Source of the DNA: Eledone cirrhosa
Taxonomy: Eukaryota
Length of the DNA: 64,000 bases
Direction of reading: 5' to 3'
NCBI GenBank assembly: GCA_964016885.1
Contig: OZ024742.1
Coordinates: forward strand, 94,674,001 to 94,738,000
The position numbers and the translations under genes are program-made. The notes beneath the pieces are model-generated. The model saw only the letters and a program-made list of their open reading frames with translations, did not search any database and was not told where the DNA came from. This document shows, piece after piece, positions 14,122-27,574 of the stretch. Position 1 is the stretch's first letter; the number at the start of each line of letters is the position of its first letter.

Positions 14122-14850
14122 GAAAATGAATGAACAAAACACAGGAGGCAATTGTACACAGTTATATTAGGCTCACGTTTAGAGGAGGTGGAAGAGGTTT
14201 CAACGCTTTGGATAGAAGTCCTTCATCAGGAAAGTTTGGATGGGGGAGAACAGGAACTCCGAGAAGGAGTAAGAACAGTTTTAAGGATGTAAGTTACAAA
14301 GTAAGAAATACAAATTAATGAGGAAAATCAAAATAAAATAAAAATAAAAAGGGTAGGGGGATTATAGGTCCAGGGTGGAGAGTGGGAGTGACATGGGTGT
14401 GGTAATGTGTGTGATTTTAAGGGGGAGAAGGTAGAGGGGGCTGCAAAAATACTCAGAGTCTAGGAAGAGACAGTGGAGGGGAAAACGTATTTGTATATGT
14501 ATATGTGAGTGTGTGTGTGTGTGGATGTAAGTATGTCTGTCTGAAAAAAAGCGAGTGTGTGATAAGGTTTGTTAAATAGGAGGTACAGACATATATACAT
14601 ACATCTCTCCTTTATTTCACAAGTGATCTCCAGCTAAAATAAAGAAACCAAACCAACTACAGAAACACCATGCCCCACCCCCGTATTCATACATAAAATC
14701 ACACAAATGCTTTCTTTTCACCATTTAAAAAAAAATCTTCCTCTCTATATTCTATTTCCTTTTTCTTCTGTCTTTCTAACTTCTGATGATGAGCTCACAT
14801 CCAAAACGTTAGGACACTTTCCCTACTATATCAAGCATCTACATACATAT
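14119..14850. mobile_element. Old head-to-head PLE-like non-coding element with decayed hammerhead cores
   Basis: Flanked by (TA)n. Minus-strand CTGATGAaggac..tcc core near 14200-14230 and plus-strand ctgatga..aaaacgttag near 14783-14813; both resemble 2171-2204. Confidence 0.45.
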
Positions 14851-15113
14851 ACTTATATATATATATATATATATATAGTAGTGTAGTTAATACAAGCAAA
14901 AGCAATTGTGAGATATGTATTAAAAGACGGATAAATTATCAAAAAAACGGTACAATATGGGGAAAAATATGATGGGCAAATGATGACGAATGAAACAAAA
15001 CAAAATGATGTAATATTTTTCCTTTACCCAGTGTACTTTAGAATATTTCAGGACTACTACTCTCATTTCAGGTGCGAAGCTTAAAAAGCCCAAGGCAAAA
15101 CGAAAAAGCACAC

Positions 15114-15156
<43 letters not shown>

Positions 15157-15158
<2 letters not shown>

Positions 15159-16441
15159 AAATTAAGATAAATCAAAGTGAATTTAATCTAAATCAAAATT
15201 ATGGGTGTCATGCCAGAAAGGCATGCGCCATATCACCCGTAAAATAAGCTCCAACATTCTAATGAATAGGTCCAAGCATTTTATAACAACTAGAAATTGA
15301 TTAACATATAAATAACCATATGAAACAATCATAGGGGATAATTTTTACAAGTGTGAAAGCACGCATAGCTAGGTAGGTAACTAAATAAAGTTAACTAGAA
15401 CTTCAAAAATAGATACTTTATAATATGATTAATTTTACCTGTATATATTCCATTAAAAAATATATTTCACCAATTAATCGAATGGTAAACCACGGTGGCC
15501 GATACTTGGATTTTCAACAAGGAAGAAGTCCAGCCATCTGTGTTTACGCATTAAGTTCATATCAGCGACTGGCCAGTAACACATGCTGTATCTACTAAAA
15601 ATACACACATCATACCAACTTCGTCCCAGTGGCGTGAATAGGGTTATCGACAACTTTAAACAGCAGTCAAGTCCTTTCAACAGAGTTAGCTCTACAATTA
15701 AGGAGCCGTATTTATATATCTATATCCAAAATTAAGATAAATCAAAGTGAATTTAATCTAAATCAAAATTATGGGTGTCATGCCAGAAAGGCATGCGCCA
15801 TATCACCCGTAAACACTTGTAAAAGTTATCCCCTGTGATTGTTTCATATGTTTATTTATATGTTTATCAATTTCTAGTTGTTATAAAATGCTCGGACCTA
15901 TTCATTAGAATCTTGGAGCTTATTTTATGGGTGATATGGCGCATGCCTTTCTGGCATGACACCCATAATTTTGATTTAAATTAAATTCACTTTGATTTAT
16001 CTTAATTTTGGATATAGATATATAAATACGGCTCCTTAATTGTAGAGCTAACTCTGTTGAAAGGACTTGACTGCTGTTTCTAGTTGTCGATAACCCTATT
16101 CACGCCACTGGGGCGAAGCTGGTATGATGTGTGTATTTTTAGTAGATACAGCACGTGTTACTGGCCAGTCGCTGATTTGAACTTAATGCGTAAACACAGA
16201 TGGCTAGACTTCTTCCTTGTTGAAAATCCAAGTATCGGCCTCCGTGGTTTACAATTCGATTAATTGGTGAAATATATTTTTTTAATGGAATATATACAGG
16301 GAAGATTAATCATATTATAAAGTATCTATTTTTGAAGTTCTAGTTAACTTTATTTAGTTACCTACCTAGCTATGTGTGCTTAAAAATTATCCCCTGTGAT
16401 TGTTTCATATGTTTATTTATATGTTAATCAATTTCTAGTTG

Positions 16442-16443
<2 letters not shown>
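15157..16443. mobile_element. Head-to-head tandem/inverted non-coding element (~570-bp unit) in (TA)n
   Basis: 15157-15243 is repeated at 15728-15813. 15814-16443 is the reverse complement of ~1.1 units in a different phase. Both ends run into (TA)n. Confidence 0.85.
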
Positions 16444-16478
<35 letters not shown>

Positions 16479-16661
16479 TCAATACATTAACAGAGAAAGC
16501 CTTAAGCGATACTCTGACCAATTCCATCTCACTCAACAAACATTAGGATATACCTAAGTATTTTCCTAATTTAGTGTTTGGGGTGCTAACTAATCAGTAT
16601 TTTGTGGATAGCTGGTTGTATTATTTTATATGAGACATTATTAAATAAATATCTCTTTCCT

Positions 16662-16785
16662 TCCAGACGGCCGTTTCGTTATAAGATTTCTACAATTTGA
16701 GATAAATAATTTCCAGGTTATGTAGAAACTTGTATATAATCCATAGTTTTATACACAAACGGGCTCTTATAAACTCATCAGTGGA
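16662..16785 (-). ncRNA. Minimal type I hammerhead ribozyme with palindromic stem III and long branched stem II
   Basis: Minus strand: tcca-CTGATGA-gtttataag...(~80 nt)...cttataac-GAAA-cggccg-TC-tgga. Intact core, GUC site. Confidence 0.75.
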
Positions 16786-17309
16786 TGCCCAAATAATATC
16801 GATATAAGAATTGTATCGACATTAATAGATTAGTGATGGTCTCCCTCAGTGCTAAGAAGAGACAGGTAGATTCGAAAATTCAGCAGTCCTCCCAAAGATA
16901 AAATACACGCTGTCCCCAAGAGCGTAAAGGGAGGTCATCTTAAAACATAAAACAATATACACGCTGGTCATTTAAACCTGTTAGGTATTAACTACGTGTT
17001 TAAGAACTCAATTGGATATTAAAAGGATAACTATATATATACACAATCAATGCACACATATAGATATTAAAACATAAGAAATACATGTATGGACCACCCA
17101 TATACACACATGGCTATTCTCTAAGGCTAAATCAGACATGGGATATAAGGAAGATCAATCAGTATTTCATATAATAATATATATATAGTATAGTATAATA
17201 TATGCATGTTATGAAACTTTATATATACTAAATAAGTTCTACTGCAGCAGGCTGAGCAGTGTTTTACCTGATCTTCCATTTCCATTTACGGAATTCTAAC
17301 ATAGCATAA

Positions 17310-17355
<46 letters not shown>

Positions 17356-17356
17356 T

Positions 17357-17387
<31 letters not shown>

Positions 17388-17407
17388 CATACACACACAC
17401 ACACAAA

Positions 17408-18580
17408 TTGGGGTGTTTCATTATTTAGATGATTAGCCAACCATTTCATATCGATTACGCCCGTATTTGGATTGTTGAAATAAGAAAATATGCCAAAGTA
17501 CGGGTGAACCAAATAAAACGTAAAAGTTGCAGTTTCACATTTTTTTATTTGCAACTATTTTTCTTTTGAGTTGGCCTGTGGTATATTGTTCTTCTTTTCA
17601 CTTTACTGGATCCAATGTGGAAACCATACGACAGAACAAAATAAAATGTAAATAAGCAGGAGGAATATGTTTTAAATACACAATAATATTACCCAAAACG
17701 ACTTTTTCTAGATCTCACGACTCACGATGTGTCAGCTTAAGTTGTTCTTTGAACAGAACTATCTTGATCACATATATCGCCTTAGCCATCCAACGAGCTT
17801 GTTGCTAATCTTTTGAGACCACGAAGGAGAACTGGGGAGATGTCCAACCACCAAGGCAGAAACGGGAGAGATTAATGAACTCAGTATAGTCTTCAAAGTA
17901 GCACAGTCAGAAGATAGTTAACCATTTCCTCCCTCGTTTGCTTGTAAAAATCTTCCATCGGCTCATCATTGTCCAGGGTAGTTTGATAATGGGATTTATC
18001 GATGGAGTCGTAACATGCCTGGAAATGTTTAAACATTGGGATACCAGGACTAGATGACGGGAAAAGATCGCAAAGGCTTTCTTCAAAACCAGTTCAAGAC
18101 TGTGATAGCAGCAAGCCAACCACAAAAGAGATTTTTTCAAAGCTATTTCAATTTTGTTATTGGTTCTTTGGTTCATCCTTGTGTTACTGACAGTGGTGTT
18201 GAAGGACACAAATTATTCTACCACCATCTTTGAGTTGTTGAATTTCTTTCAAAACAACTTCAGTAATGTTTTGTCCGGTTCCATCTCTTGCAATCAGAAC
18301 ACCTAAAGCTCTTCCTTTCCTTTTTCGGTAATTAAAACTGCAATCTAATCTTCAAGTGTGCTGGATTGGGAAGCCAATGGTAATAATTCTCCATCCTAGT
18401 GGACGACTATCCAGAGTCTGTCTTCAGATCAGGAAGCGTATAACTTGATTTCCTGAGCCATCATCTTAGAGTGACTGGTTCTTGCTCGATAAAAGGTTGA
18501 AGGGGTAATCGAGACATCAGGCACGTCATGACTAACACTATTCACAATAGCGATGTAAAAAGTATTTGTTTGTCGTAAAA
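17408..18580 (-). pseudogene. Decayed hAT (hATm-like) transposase remnant
   Basis: Minus-strand motifs IVVH*DG (~18400), FNTTVSNT, LLWLACCYHSLELVL (CxxH) and QARWMAKAIY (~17775). Possible TIR ttggggtgtttca at ~17408. Confidence 0.7.
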
Positions 18581-18741
18581 TATATATATACAATGTGTGT
18601 GTGTGTGTATGTGTGTGTGTGTGTGTGTGTGTGCATGCGTGCATGTATATATGTATATATATATATATCACATATGTGTGTGTATATATATACATATATA
18701 CATGCACGCATGCACACATATATATCACACATATATATCAC

Positions 18742-18818
<77 letters not shown>

Positions 18819-18832
18819 TACTAGCTGAGCTA

Positions 18833-18883
<51 letters not shown>

Positions 18884-18884
<1 letters not shown>

Positions 18885-18913
18885 TAGCTGAGCTACCCGG
18901 TGATACCCGGGTA
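18884..18913 (-). other. Helitron 3' terminus (hairpin + CTAG)
   Basis: Minus strand tacccgg-gtatca-ccgggta hairpin followed by gctcagCTAG|T. Confidence 0.75.
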
Positions 18914-19610
18914 TTTTATGAAAGTTACAATATATTTGGCGCACATTACAAAATATTTGACCATTCAAATATGATTGCTGAATTTTAACCAAAGTAGGAA
19001 TTATAGCAGAATATTTATTGCCGTTTGGTCGAAGTAAATCATCTAGATACAAATATTAGTTTTTTCCAGTGGTGATTTTTTGAATACTGCTCCCTATTAC
19101 AGTCAGCATATATAATGCTTTACTCATAGATGAATCATTAGGTATGTTGTCAGGGCATAACCAAAAAAATACATTTAGATTTTTTTAATTTATCCTTTTC
19201 TTTCTTTTTCTATTTCTATTAGCTATAGCAACAGTTATAGTGGCTCACATACATACATAGATACATACACCCACATGTATGTGTGTAAGATAGTTGTTTG
19301 TGATTTGAAATGGATTTTGCTAATATTTCTAGTAGATCGAGTTATCACATAGATAATGCCTTTTTGCTTCATACATATATACATAACTGAGAAAGTATGG
19401 TGGGATTTGAAGGAAATTTGGCTGTTATTTCTAACCAACAAAATCCTCACTTATACTACTTTATATAGCAGAGGTACCCGGGAATGCCTGCATATTCTTC
19501 CAAAGTAACACCATGCAGTAAATTTGGGGCTTCAGAATTCCTTGCAAACTACATGACTAAGGAATTAGGATCTGTGTGTATTGTCATTGAATGGGGAATT
19601 ACGACATTGC

Positions 19611-22600
19611 TCATTCCAAAGCCTCTGGATAAACAACATTCGTAGTTTTGCCCTGTGGTGCCATAATGAAGAGACAATCAGGGTTCCCAACCCTTGTGCC
19701 AACATAGAGTTGACCGCGTGAAAAGACAGGATCTGCCAGATTCAACCCAACGACTTTCAATTTATTAATGGACTTGAGATTTATTAATGGTCATGGCAAA
19801 ACTTAGCCTGATTGGAAATTGAAGTCTTTGAAATTCAAGTTGGCTTCAGAGGTATACTGGGAATGAAACAATTGTCACCAGCAAATTTTCCTGACATGAT
19901 TGCAACTTCTAGAACATTGGACATCATATTTCGATGATGAGTCTTGTGCCATTACAAAGTTTTGGAGGATCCAGATTGCAAAGTAGCATAACCGATGCTC
20001 CAAGCTTCAGTATCAGGTTGTGTGGAGAAATTCCCGCTTGTTTAAGACTGTTCAAAAATTCAGTTGGATAGTTTACAACCTGGTCTTGAGAAGTGATTGT
20101 GTCAACTGATTTGTAGCATATTTTCTCTCCCAGTAACATCTCCAGCAGCCTTCTGTTGATTTCTTTCACAGCAACATTTTTAGGTGCTAAGATTGCTCGT
20201 TCACAGAGCCATTTCGGATCACATTGCCTGGTCTGAATGTTTGGTAACACTCTGGCAATCAGTTCTTGTTCTGTGTCAATGATATGGCCAAATGACAACT
20301 GAATATGGTCATTGGAGTCCTTTTCAAGAAGTCCGTTTCCCAATTTAAGTAGTTGGATGGCAAACTCACTGACACCTTCGTCACCAGTTAAGTTCACTCT
20401 TAAGTGGACTCAGCAGCTGAAAGTGGGGCCAGAGATAGGATGTTTTCAGACAGGCATTGACCTGATCAGCTCGAGTCCCTCGAATAATTACAGGCAGCGT
20501 TTGTCTGAAATCACTAGCAAGAACCATTGTCACTCCTCCCATTATGCAACTATTTTCTCTCAGATCCCTTATCGTCCGGTCCAAAGCTTCAATTGCTCCT
20601 TTATGGCTCATAGTAGCTTCATCCCAAATTATCATCCTGCATGTTTGCAGAAGCTTGCCCTTGGGTGAGTTCTTCTTGATATTGCAAAAAGATTGTTCAT
20701 GCCGTGTGAGATCTATGGGCAGCTTAAACATGGAGTGTGCAGTTCTTCCTCCATCCAGAAGTGTTGCTGCAATGCCACTTGAAGCCACAGCAAGGGCAAT
20801 ATGTTGCTTTTGGCGAACTTTTGCAAGCAGGAGGTTTATGAGGAATGTCTTGCCTGTGCCAGCAGGAGCATCGATGAAGAAAAGTCCTCCCCTGTCATTT
20901 TGAATGTTTTCGATGATGTTGTGGTAGGCGTATTTCTGGTCATCCATCAATCGAGGTACATTTTCATCCACAAACTTACGCAATGCTTGAATATCGTAGT
21001 TTGTCTCCTGAAAAATGTCTTGTGCTACCTCCATTTCTTCATCTGGCTCTGGCATCCGGCAGTTAGTTAATGTGCTATTCATTGCCTGAACTCGATGGCA
21101 CAGGTCACAGAGAACTTGATTGTAAATCCTGGGGGTATATTCCATATACATATTGCCATGATGTATTCGGGCTAGGTGTAGATAGTCGTCCAAGATATTG
21201 TTTTTGTACACCTGCCAGAGTATATGAGCTTCATCAATTCCACATGCTGTGAGCATAATAGCAAATAATTGTCTTATTTGACTGGCTACTTGAGTGATTG
21301 CTGCTTCTTCTAGGCACTTCTTCCAGTGTCCATTGTCATGCAGGAGTCCATGCTGTTTACATGCTTCTTGGTATGTTGCGCACTCCCTTCCTCTGAAGCA
21401 CCTAAGATCCTCAAATGACGTTGGTCCTCAAACAGTATGCAGAAGTAGCCGTAAATAAAAACATTCTCTGTTGTTGGGATGGACATTGTAAACACGCCCA
21501 AGAGCATCACTTCACTTGACTTCATGACCTTCCACTAAATGACCCTGTTTTCTTCGATTCCAGGTCTTGCAATTGGTCCAAGTGTAGTATGTTGGGACTT
21601 CAGCATATAGGAGGGATCGAGCAAATTCATCATTCTGGCAGAATTTAAAGAAAGCAGTTAGTGTAGTGTCATGTGATGCTTGTGCCAACTGATGAGCAGT
21701 GATCTCAGTGAAGTACACTCTCTTTCCATTTTCCAGATGGACTGCGAGATTGACCACTGTTGGGTGGCGTTGGTGGATATCAAATCCAAAGATTCGCCAG
21801 ATAGCTTCATTGATGGAGATGTATCGACCTGTTTGATACCGTTTGATCTCATCCAACTCACCATCATTGAGTTCTTTGTAAGTAATAAAGGTAGCCATGT
21901 CACTGCCCTTGTTGATATATTTTTTGACATATAGGATTACATTAACGGAGCTGCAATACTCAACATTGATATGAGCTTTTAAAAGTTTACACAACAATTT
22001 GTTGTGTGGGACGACCCACTGATTGTTTATGGTCAGCTCCTCTCCTCGAACTGTTAGACTTGCAGTATTGCCTCCATGTTCTCGTCTACGCCTACGTTAA
22101 AGGGGGTATCCATTATTGTCAGTCCGAGTTTCCCGAATAAAAGCTCTAGGATAATCTTTGCTGCATTTTTGATCTTTCATGCAGGGAGAGGCTGGATTGA
22201 TGACTCCACATGGACAATCAATGAGTTTGGACTTGATGGTTTCAAAGAGCTCTGGATCGCCACCTTTATCAGGCAACTCTGCTGAAATGATCTTATCAAC
22301 ATCATCTGGTCGTATCTTCTCATTGCACCAGATTAGTGTGTGAGAGTGAGGAAGACCTCTCTTCTGCCACTCAATAGTGGTCATCCAAGCACTAAGCTCA
22401 CCAAAGATTCTTCCTTCTTTTAGGAGCCAGGTGAGTTTTTTTTTGCTTTTCATGGAAAACCCGAGCAATGAGATCATGTCGAATCTTTGTTTTTTGATTT
22501 TGAAATAATTCATTTGATATTTCTGACCAGTTTGAATTGCATGTAAATGTAATGAAGAGATCTGGCCGACCAAATTTTCTGACATAGGCCATTGCATCTT

Positions 22601-23245
22601 GCGTACGTTCATGCATGTAACGTGGTCCCCCCGTGAAGCTTGATTGTAGTATGACTGGCTGGCCAATATTTCTTGGGTCAACATCAGAATTGATGGCATC
22701 TCTAAGGTGGATGTAGTTATCTTCCCTCAACTTAGTTTGATTCCTTCGCAGAAAGCCCAATCTTTCTGTTTCAATTTTGGCATACATGTCCACCATGAAC
22801 TGGCTGGTTACTTCTTTGAATCGCAGAACTTGGTCACGTACCATGAAATGATAAGCATAGAATTCTTTGCAGCTGATTGATCGGCCAGTTTCTTGTCCCA
22901 TTCCTGAGCTGATCTGCCGTAGCTGAAAATGATATCCATATTGACCATTCCAAAAGATGAGCGGATATTGGATGAATCATAGGATCTATGAGTTTCACAA
23001 ATTCGCTCCAAATGTCCACTTCGTTTTTTCAAAACAATGTCACGTCGTTCATGCTGTTCATCAACCATTATGATTGCAGCTTCATCAGTGACAGGTGCAT
23101 TGAATCTGCGTTCATGTTCTGAAGCTGGGCGTTTGTCTGCCCTAATGATGATTTTACGATCTCTGGTGTTGTTCATATGCTCCAGTGCATATTTAAATAC
23201 ACTGATGAACATTTCTTGTAACTTTATGACTATGTAGAACAGCAA
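19611..23245 (-). pseudogene. Helitron Rep/PIF1-helicase transposase, frameshifted and 5'-truncated
   Basis: Fragmented ORFs with FITFTCN, EWQKRGLPHSH (HUH), YVKKYINKG (Y2), DAPAGTGKT (Walker A), WDEATM, DFRQTLP, LCNGTRL; ends NVVYPEALE* at 19611. Confidence 0.95.
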
Positions 23246-23349
23246 TCCAAAAGGGTTTTACGACATGTGTAAAACAAGGTCAAAAATGAGCAAATGGATA
23301 GAGAGCGCGCGCGCGCGAGATAGAGAGAGAGAGAGAGAGAGTCGATACA

Positions 23350-23540
23350 TAAGCCATCTTTCGATGCTGCAGATTCTGCACCTCTTAAAACCCTTGGCCT
23401 TGAGTTTGCATCTTTCTGCTATCTTTAAGCTGATGTCGTAAACAGTACAACCCTCTTCCAGCTTCCATATATATGGCTGGAGAGCTTAGATGCGTACTTT
23501 TCGTCCTGTTTCGTGGTTGTTGTAGCGTTCTTTAAACAAT
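23350..23540 (-). pseudogene. Remnant of a second Penelope-like GIY-YIG endonuclease C-terminus
   Basis: Manual translation across frameshifts: LFKERYNNH / DEKYASKLSSHI / WKLEEG..YDISLKI....KRCRICSIE. Confidence 0.6.
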
Positions 23541-25312
23541 CATTCCATAAAACACTCTCCTGTTTAAAATTGGAGTATTTGATGAAAGAATGAGAATCTC
23601 TTAACGTTATTGCTATTAATCTTATTTTTTACGATCTTACGAATGATTTAGCACGTTTGAAACACACACAGGCAGATACAATTAATTTTAAAATTCAACA
23701 TTAAAATGAGAAATTAAGATAAGCCTATTAGGTTCACGTTCAGAAAAATTGAATATTTTTAATGCATCTGACATTGGTCTTTCATCGTAAAAAGAAGAGT
23801 TTAGAAAAGAGAACAAATAATTATAGACGAAAAAGTTGAAAATGTGCAAGGTTTGTAAACATGGTTTTTACGTCAAGTTACGCCAGGTGCCTTTGCATAT
23901 TATACATTTGCATAACTTCCACTCATATCTCTATTAGATAACATTTTAATGTTTTTTAACGTTTTTATATGAATAGACCTCTTTGAACTTATGTGTGACT
24001 TAGTTACGTTTTATGTCTATATATTACTATCCTTGTACAATGATATCTATGTCTTTCTTATCATGTACGTATATGAATGAACTTTTTTCGACTGTCATAT
24101 TTGTGTTTATTACTTCTGTTCTTTAATTCTTCCACGTCATAAACAACAATCATGATGCATTTATACATCAGTGTACTTGCATACTTATATCGATATGTTT
24201 ATTAATCTTTTGGTATATTTCTAATGAAACATACTGCTTAAGAATTTCAATCCATCTTTACAATAATCAAATGTGTGGGATTTAGTAATATGACTTATTT
24301 TCTTATTAAGCTGGGGTTTGGGAATATATTGTAAGAAAATTTTCTTACCTAAAATGATAACTGAAGGTTTAAATTTAAACATGAATCCTTTCGATAAATA
24401 GTTTCTCACCACAGAATAAAAAGCAGCTCTAGGCATGTTGGTATCAAAAATGTTTATATCTGAATGTGCTTCCTTGGAATGATACCTTTTTATACTTGTG
24501 CTATTGTTAGATTTATCATGTCATGCTTGTATGAGTTCGATAGCGCTTAGTTTTATGAGCATTAAGTAATTGAAAGCACAAGGCCCTCCTTAGAATGCAA
24601 TATCAATCCAGAGCGGAGCTCACCCCAAGTAGTATGAGGCATGTGAAATAAAGTGCTCTGTTCAATAACACATGTCACCCAGTCTCAGAATCAAGCCTAC
24701 AACTGAAGCTGTAGGTCATGTGACTTCATCACCATCTGTATGTATATAATAAATGTGTTAGTGTACTTTTATACCTAAATCTGTATTGCTTAATGTCTAT
24801 ATATGAATGAACCTGCATGCACTTATGTGAGGTAGTGAGACGAAGCCTCTCGAATAGATAGTCATAGCTTCGGTTGTTTCCCCAACCACTTAATAAACAA
24901 CTAAGTTCGTAATATTAAAATTCAAATCCAACTGATTAGAGTGCACACATATGTTAATCAGTGCAGAAGATGACTCCGTGTGGATAAGACAGTTAATATA
25001 CTTAGACCAGTACTAGAGTTTCTATGGTTCCGATCTGCTGCCAGTGTTAAATGATGAAAGTGACAGTGTGAAAGGATTGATGGAAATGAATGTGGAAGAA
25101 AATACGGGAAGGAGTAGACAAAGAGAGACATGACTAAATATGATGAAGAAGGAAATGAAAACCAAGTAGTTTGTGAGAGGATGCTGTCCATAGAGAACAT
25201 TGTAGAAGGTTGTCATGTGGACCACAAGGCTAATCCCTGTTTCAGTAGAGAGGATGGTTTAGAAACGTTAGTTGTTGCTTTTCTTTTATACACACACACA
25301 CATACACACACG

Positions 25313-25350
<38 letters not shown>

Positions 25351-25401
25351 CATGTTACAAAAACCAGCTTAATGATGAAAATGTTAGTCTGACAATCATA
25401 A

Positions 25402-25590
25402 ATAATTGTTTCTACTTTTGGCACAAGGCCGGCAATTATCCCAGTGTATTACTGGTACTTTATTTTATCGACACTGTAAGGATGAAAGGCAAAGTTAACC
25501 TCGGCGGGATTTGAACTCAGATCATAAAGGGAGGTAACTCTATGCTTCAAAGCATGATGTCCGACCCTCTACCGATACTCCCAATCCACC
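25402..25590 (-). mobile_element. tRNA-derived SINE (family A)
   Basis: Full head and tail. TSD caatcataa (25393-25401, 25590-25598). Confidence 0.85.
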
Positions 25591-25625
25591 AATCATAATT
25601 AATGTCTTTCATCATGTAAAGAAAG

Positions 25626-25812
25626 GGCGGTGGATTGGCAGGATCGGTAGAGGGTCGGACGCCATGCTTTCCAGCATAGTTACATCCCTTTACGATCTGA
25701 GTTCAAATCCCGCCGAGGTTGACTTTGCCTTTCATCCTTACGGGGTTGACAAAATAAAGTACCAGTAATGTACTGGGTAATTGCTGGCCTTGTGCCTAAA
25801 GTAGAAACAATT
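25626..25812 (+). mobile_element. tRNA-derived SINE (family A)
   Basis: Full length. TSD atgtaaagaaagg (25614-25626, 25813-25825). Confidence 0.9.
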
Positions 25813-27110
25813 ATGTAAAGAAAGGACTTACATTGCTAAAATGACTTCTACAATCTAATGATTTCAACTTCTACAGAGAGACTCAAATCCTCAGATCAAG
25901 TCACCAAACAGATGCAGCTACGAAATATAATTTATAATTATTTCTAAAACACTTTACATTACCTATCTAAATTCAATTGTCACACACACACATTCACTTT
26001 TAATTGACAGCACTTGTTATACAGTAGATGCCTTTAAAACATGTTTCATCAGCAGACACACTCAGTAAATTCATGATGCTACTTTCTTAATTTTTGTAAA
26101 AAAAATTTGTTGATTTAATAAATCTTGAAAGTTATGTTGATTTAATCTGTGTATTATCAGAATGAGAAAATAAATAATAACTTCACTATTCATTTTCTAC
26201 TGCTGCTACTGCCATTACCAACAATGACTTCTTCATCATCTCCAAATTCCCCAGTGATATCATCAGATTTTTTATGATAATAAAGAAAAATTTCAACAAA
26301 AACTAAGCGATTGCCTTCAACTTGTTATTCTGAAGATTCTGACTTGCCACTTGTAAGTCTTTCATCGTTCTGCCAATTCTATTTAACTCAAATATCTTTC
26401 CATCAACAAGCAATTCCACAGAGATAGCAAATGAAAAACAAACGCTCTCTTAACAAACAAAATAGCTAAGTAGTTTACTTAAGAACACAGAAGAATTATG
26501 TAAATTTGAAAGAAGAACAATTGCCTTCCAAATTTTACACCATAACTGGAATTCCTTTGTGTATTTTTTTAAAGAATTTATCACTGTAACAGTTTGCTTA
26601 ACTGGTAGCTACATCTAAAATATATTTATCTTTGATATTATTTTATATTTTTGTGTTTTACTTTTCATATAAAAACAAAATAAAAGAAAAAATAACAATA
26701 AAATAATAGTATTTGCTGAATCTGAAATTTTCGTTTGCTTAATAATTGATTCAGGGTTTTCAACTCCCCTTTGTTAAAGACACATTTTTCTCAAATTTGA
26801 TTTCTGCAAGGAAGGTTTATGTAAAAATATACCTAGAGAATAGAATTATAGTTAGGAATCTGTTGTAAGTGTATTATTACTAAGAATCCTTTTTATCTTT
26901 TTTACAGACATTTATAACAGTATTAATAGGGAGGATACACAGAATGCACTCAGAATTCTAATAACAGATATAGAGAACAATTTCTATGAATTTCACTTTT
27001 TCTACACGATATTTTAAAACTAGCACCTTCTTGCAGAATGGAATTAACTAATCATGATATGATATGAAAGGCTATATAGTGAGCTATGCAGAATATTAAG
27101 CATTATTAAA

Positions 27111-27198
27111 CTTTGTCCTTCATCCTTACGGGGTCGATAAAATAAAGTACCAGTAATGTACTGGTGTAATTGCTGACCTTGTGTCAATAGTAGAAACA
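27111..27198 (+). mobile_element. 5'-truncated SINE (family A)
   Basis: 3' half only. TSD attattaaa (27102-27110, 27199-27207). Confidence 0.75.
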
Positions 27199-27439
27199 AT
27201 TATTAAAGAGTGAAAAGTTCACTTCGATGGACATTGCTGAAGAAAAAAAAAGGAAGGGCTTGTTAGTGACAGTGACACTCTGTTGCGGAATTCTCACCAT
27301 GGTTGATTACCTAACGTCAATATCATTAGACTGCTAGAGAGGAAAGAGGGAGCAGGCTAGTGGTACAGACATACCTTATGTTAGGGACCACACCATGGTT
27401 ACAACATTTGGACATGTCACCATTATTGACTACCAAAAT

Positions 27440-27555
27440 TTACGGCCATATCACGCTGAAAACACCGGTTCTCGTCCGATCACAGTAGCTAAGCAACGTC
27501 CAGCCTAGTTAGTACTTAGATGGGTGACCGCTTGGGAACCTTAGGTGCCGTAAGC
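27440..27555 (+). pseudogene. 5S rRNA retrocopy
   Basis: ttacggccatatcacgctgaaaacaccggttctcgtccgatc...agtacttagatgggtgaccgcttgggaa..ggtgccgtaagc matches the metazoan 5S layout, lacking ~2 nt at the 5' end. Followed by A14. Confidence 0.9.
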
Positions 27556-27574
27556 GCTTTAAAAAAAAAAAAAA

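Noticed and set aside
24221-24436. 71-aa ORF with protein-like composition
   Set aside because: No motif I can recognise; may be an old transposon fragment. Needs a profile search.
27440-27555. Functional 5S rRNA gene
   Set aside because: Solitary, slightly 5'-truncated, A-tailed and enclosed in a TSD.
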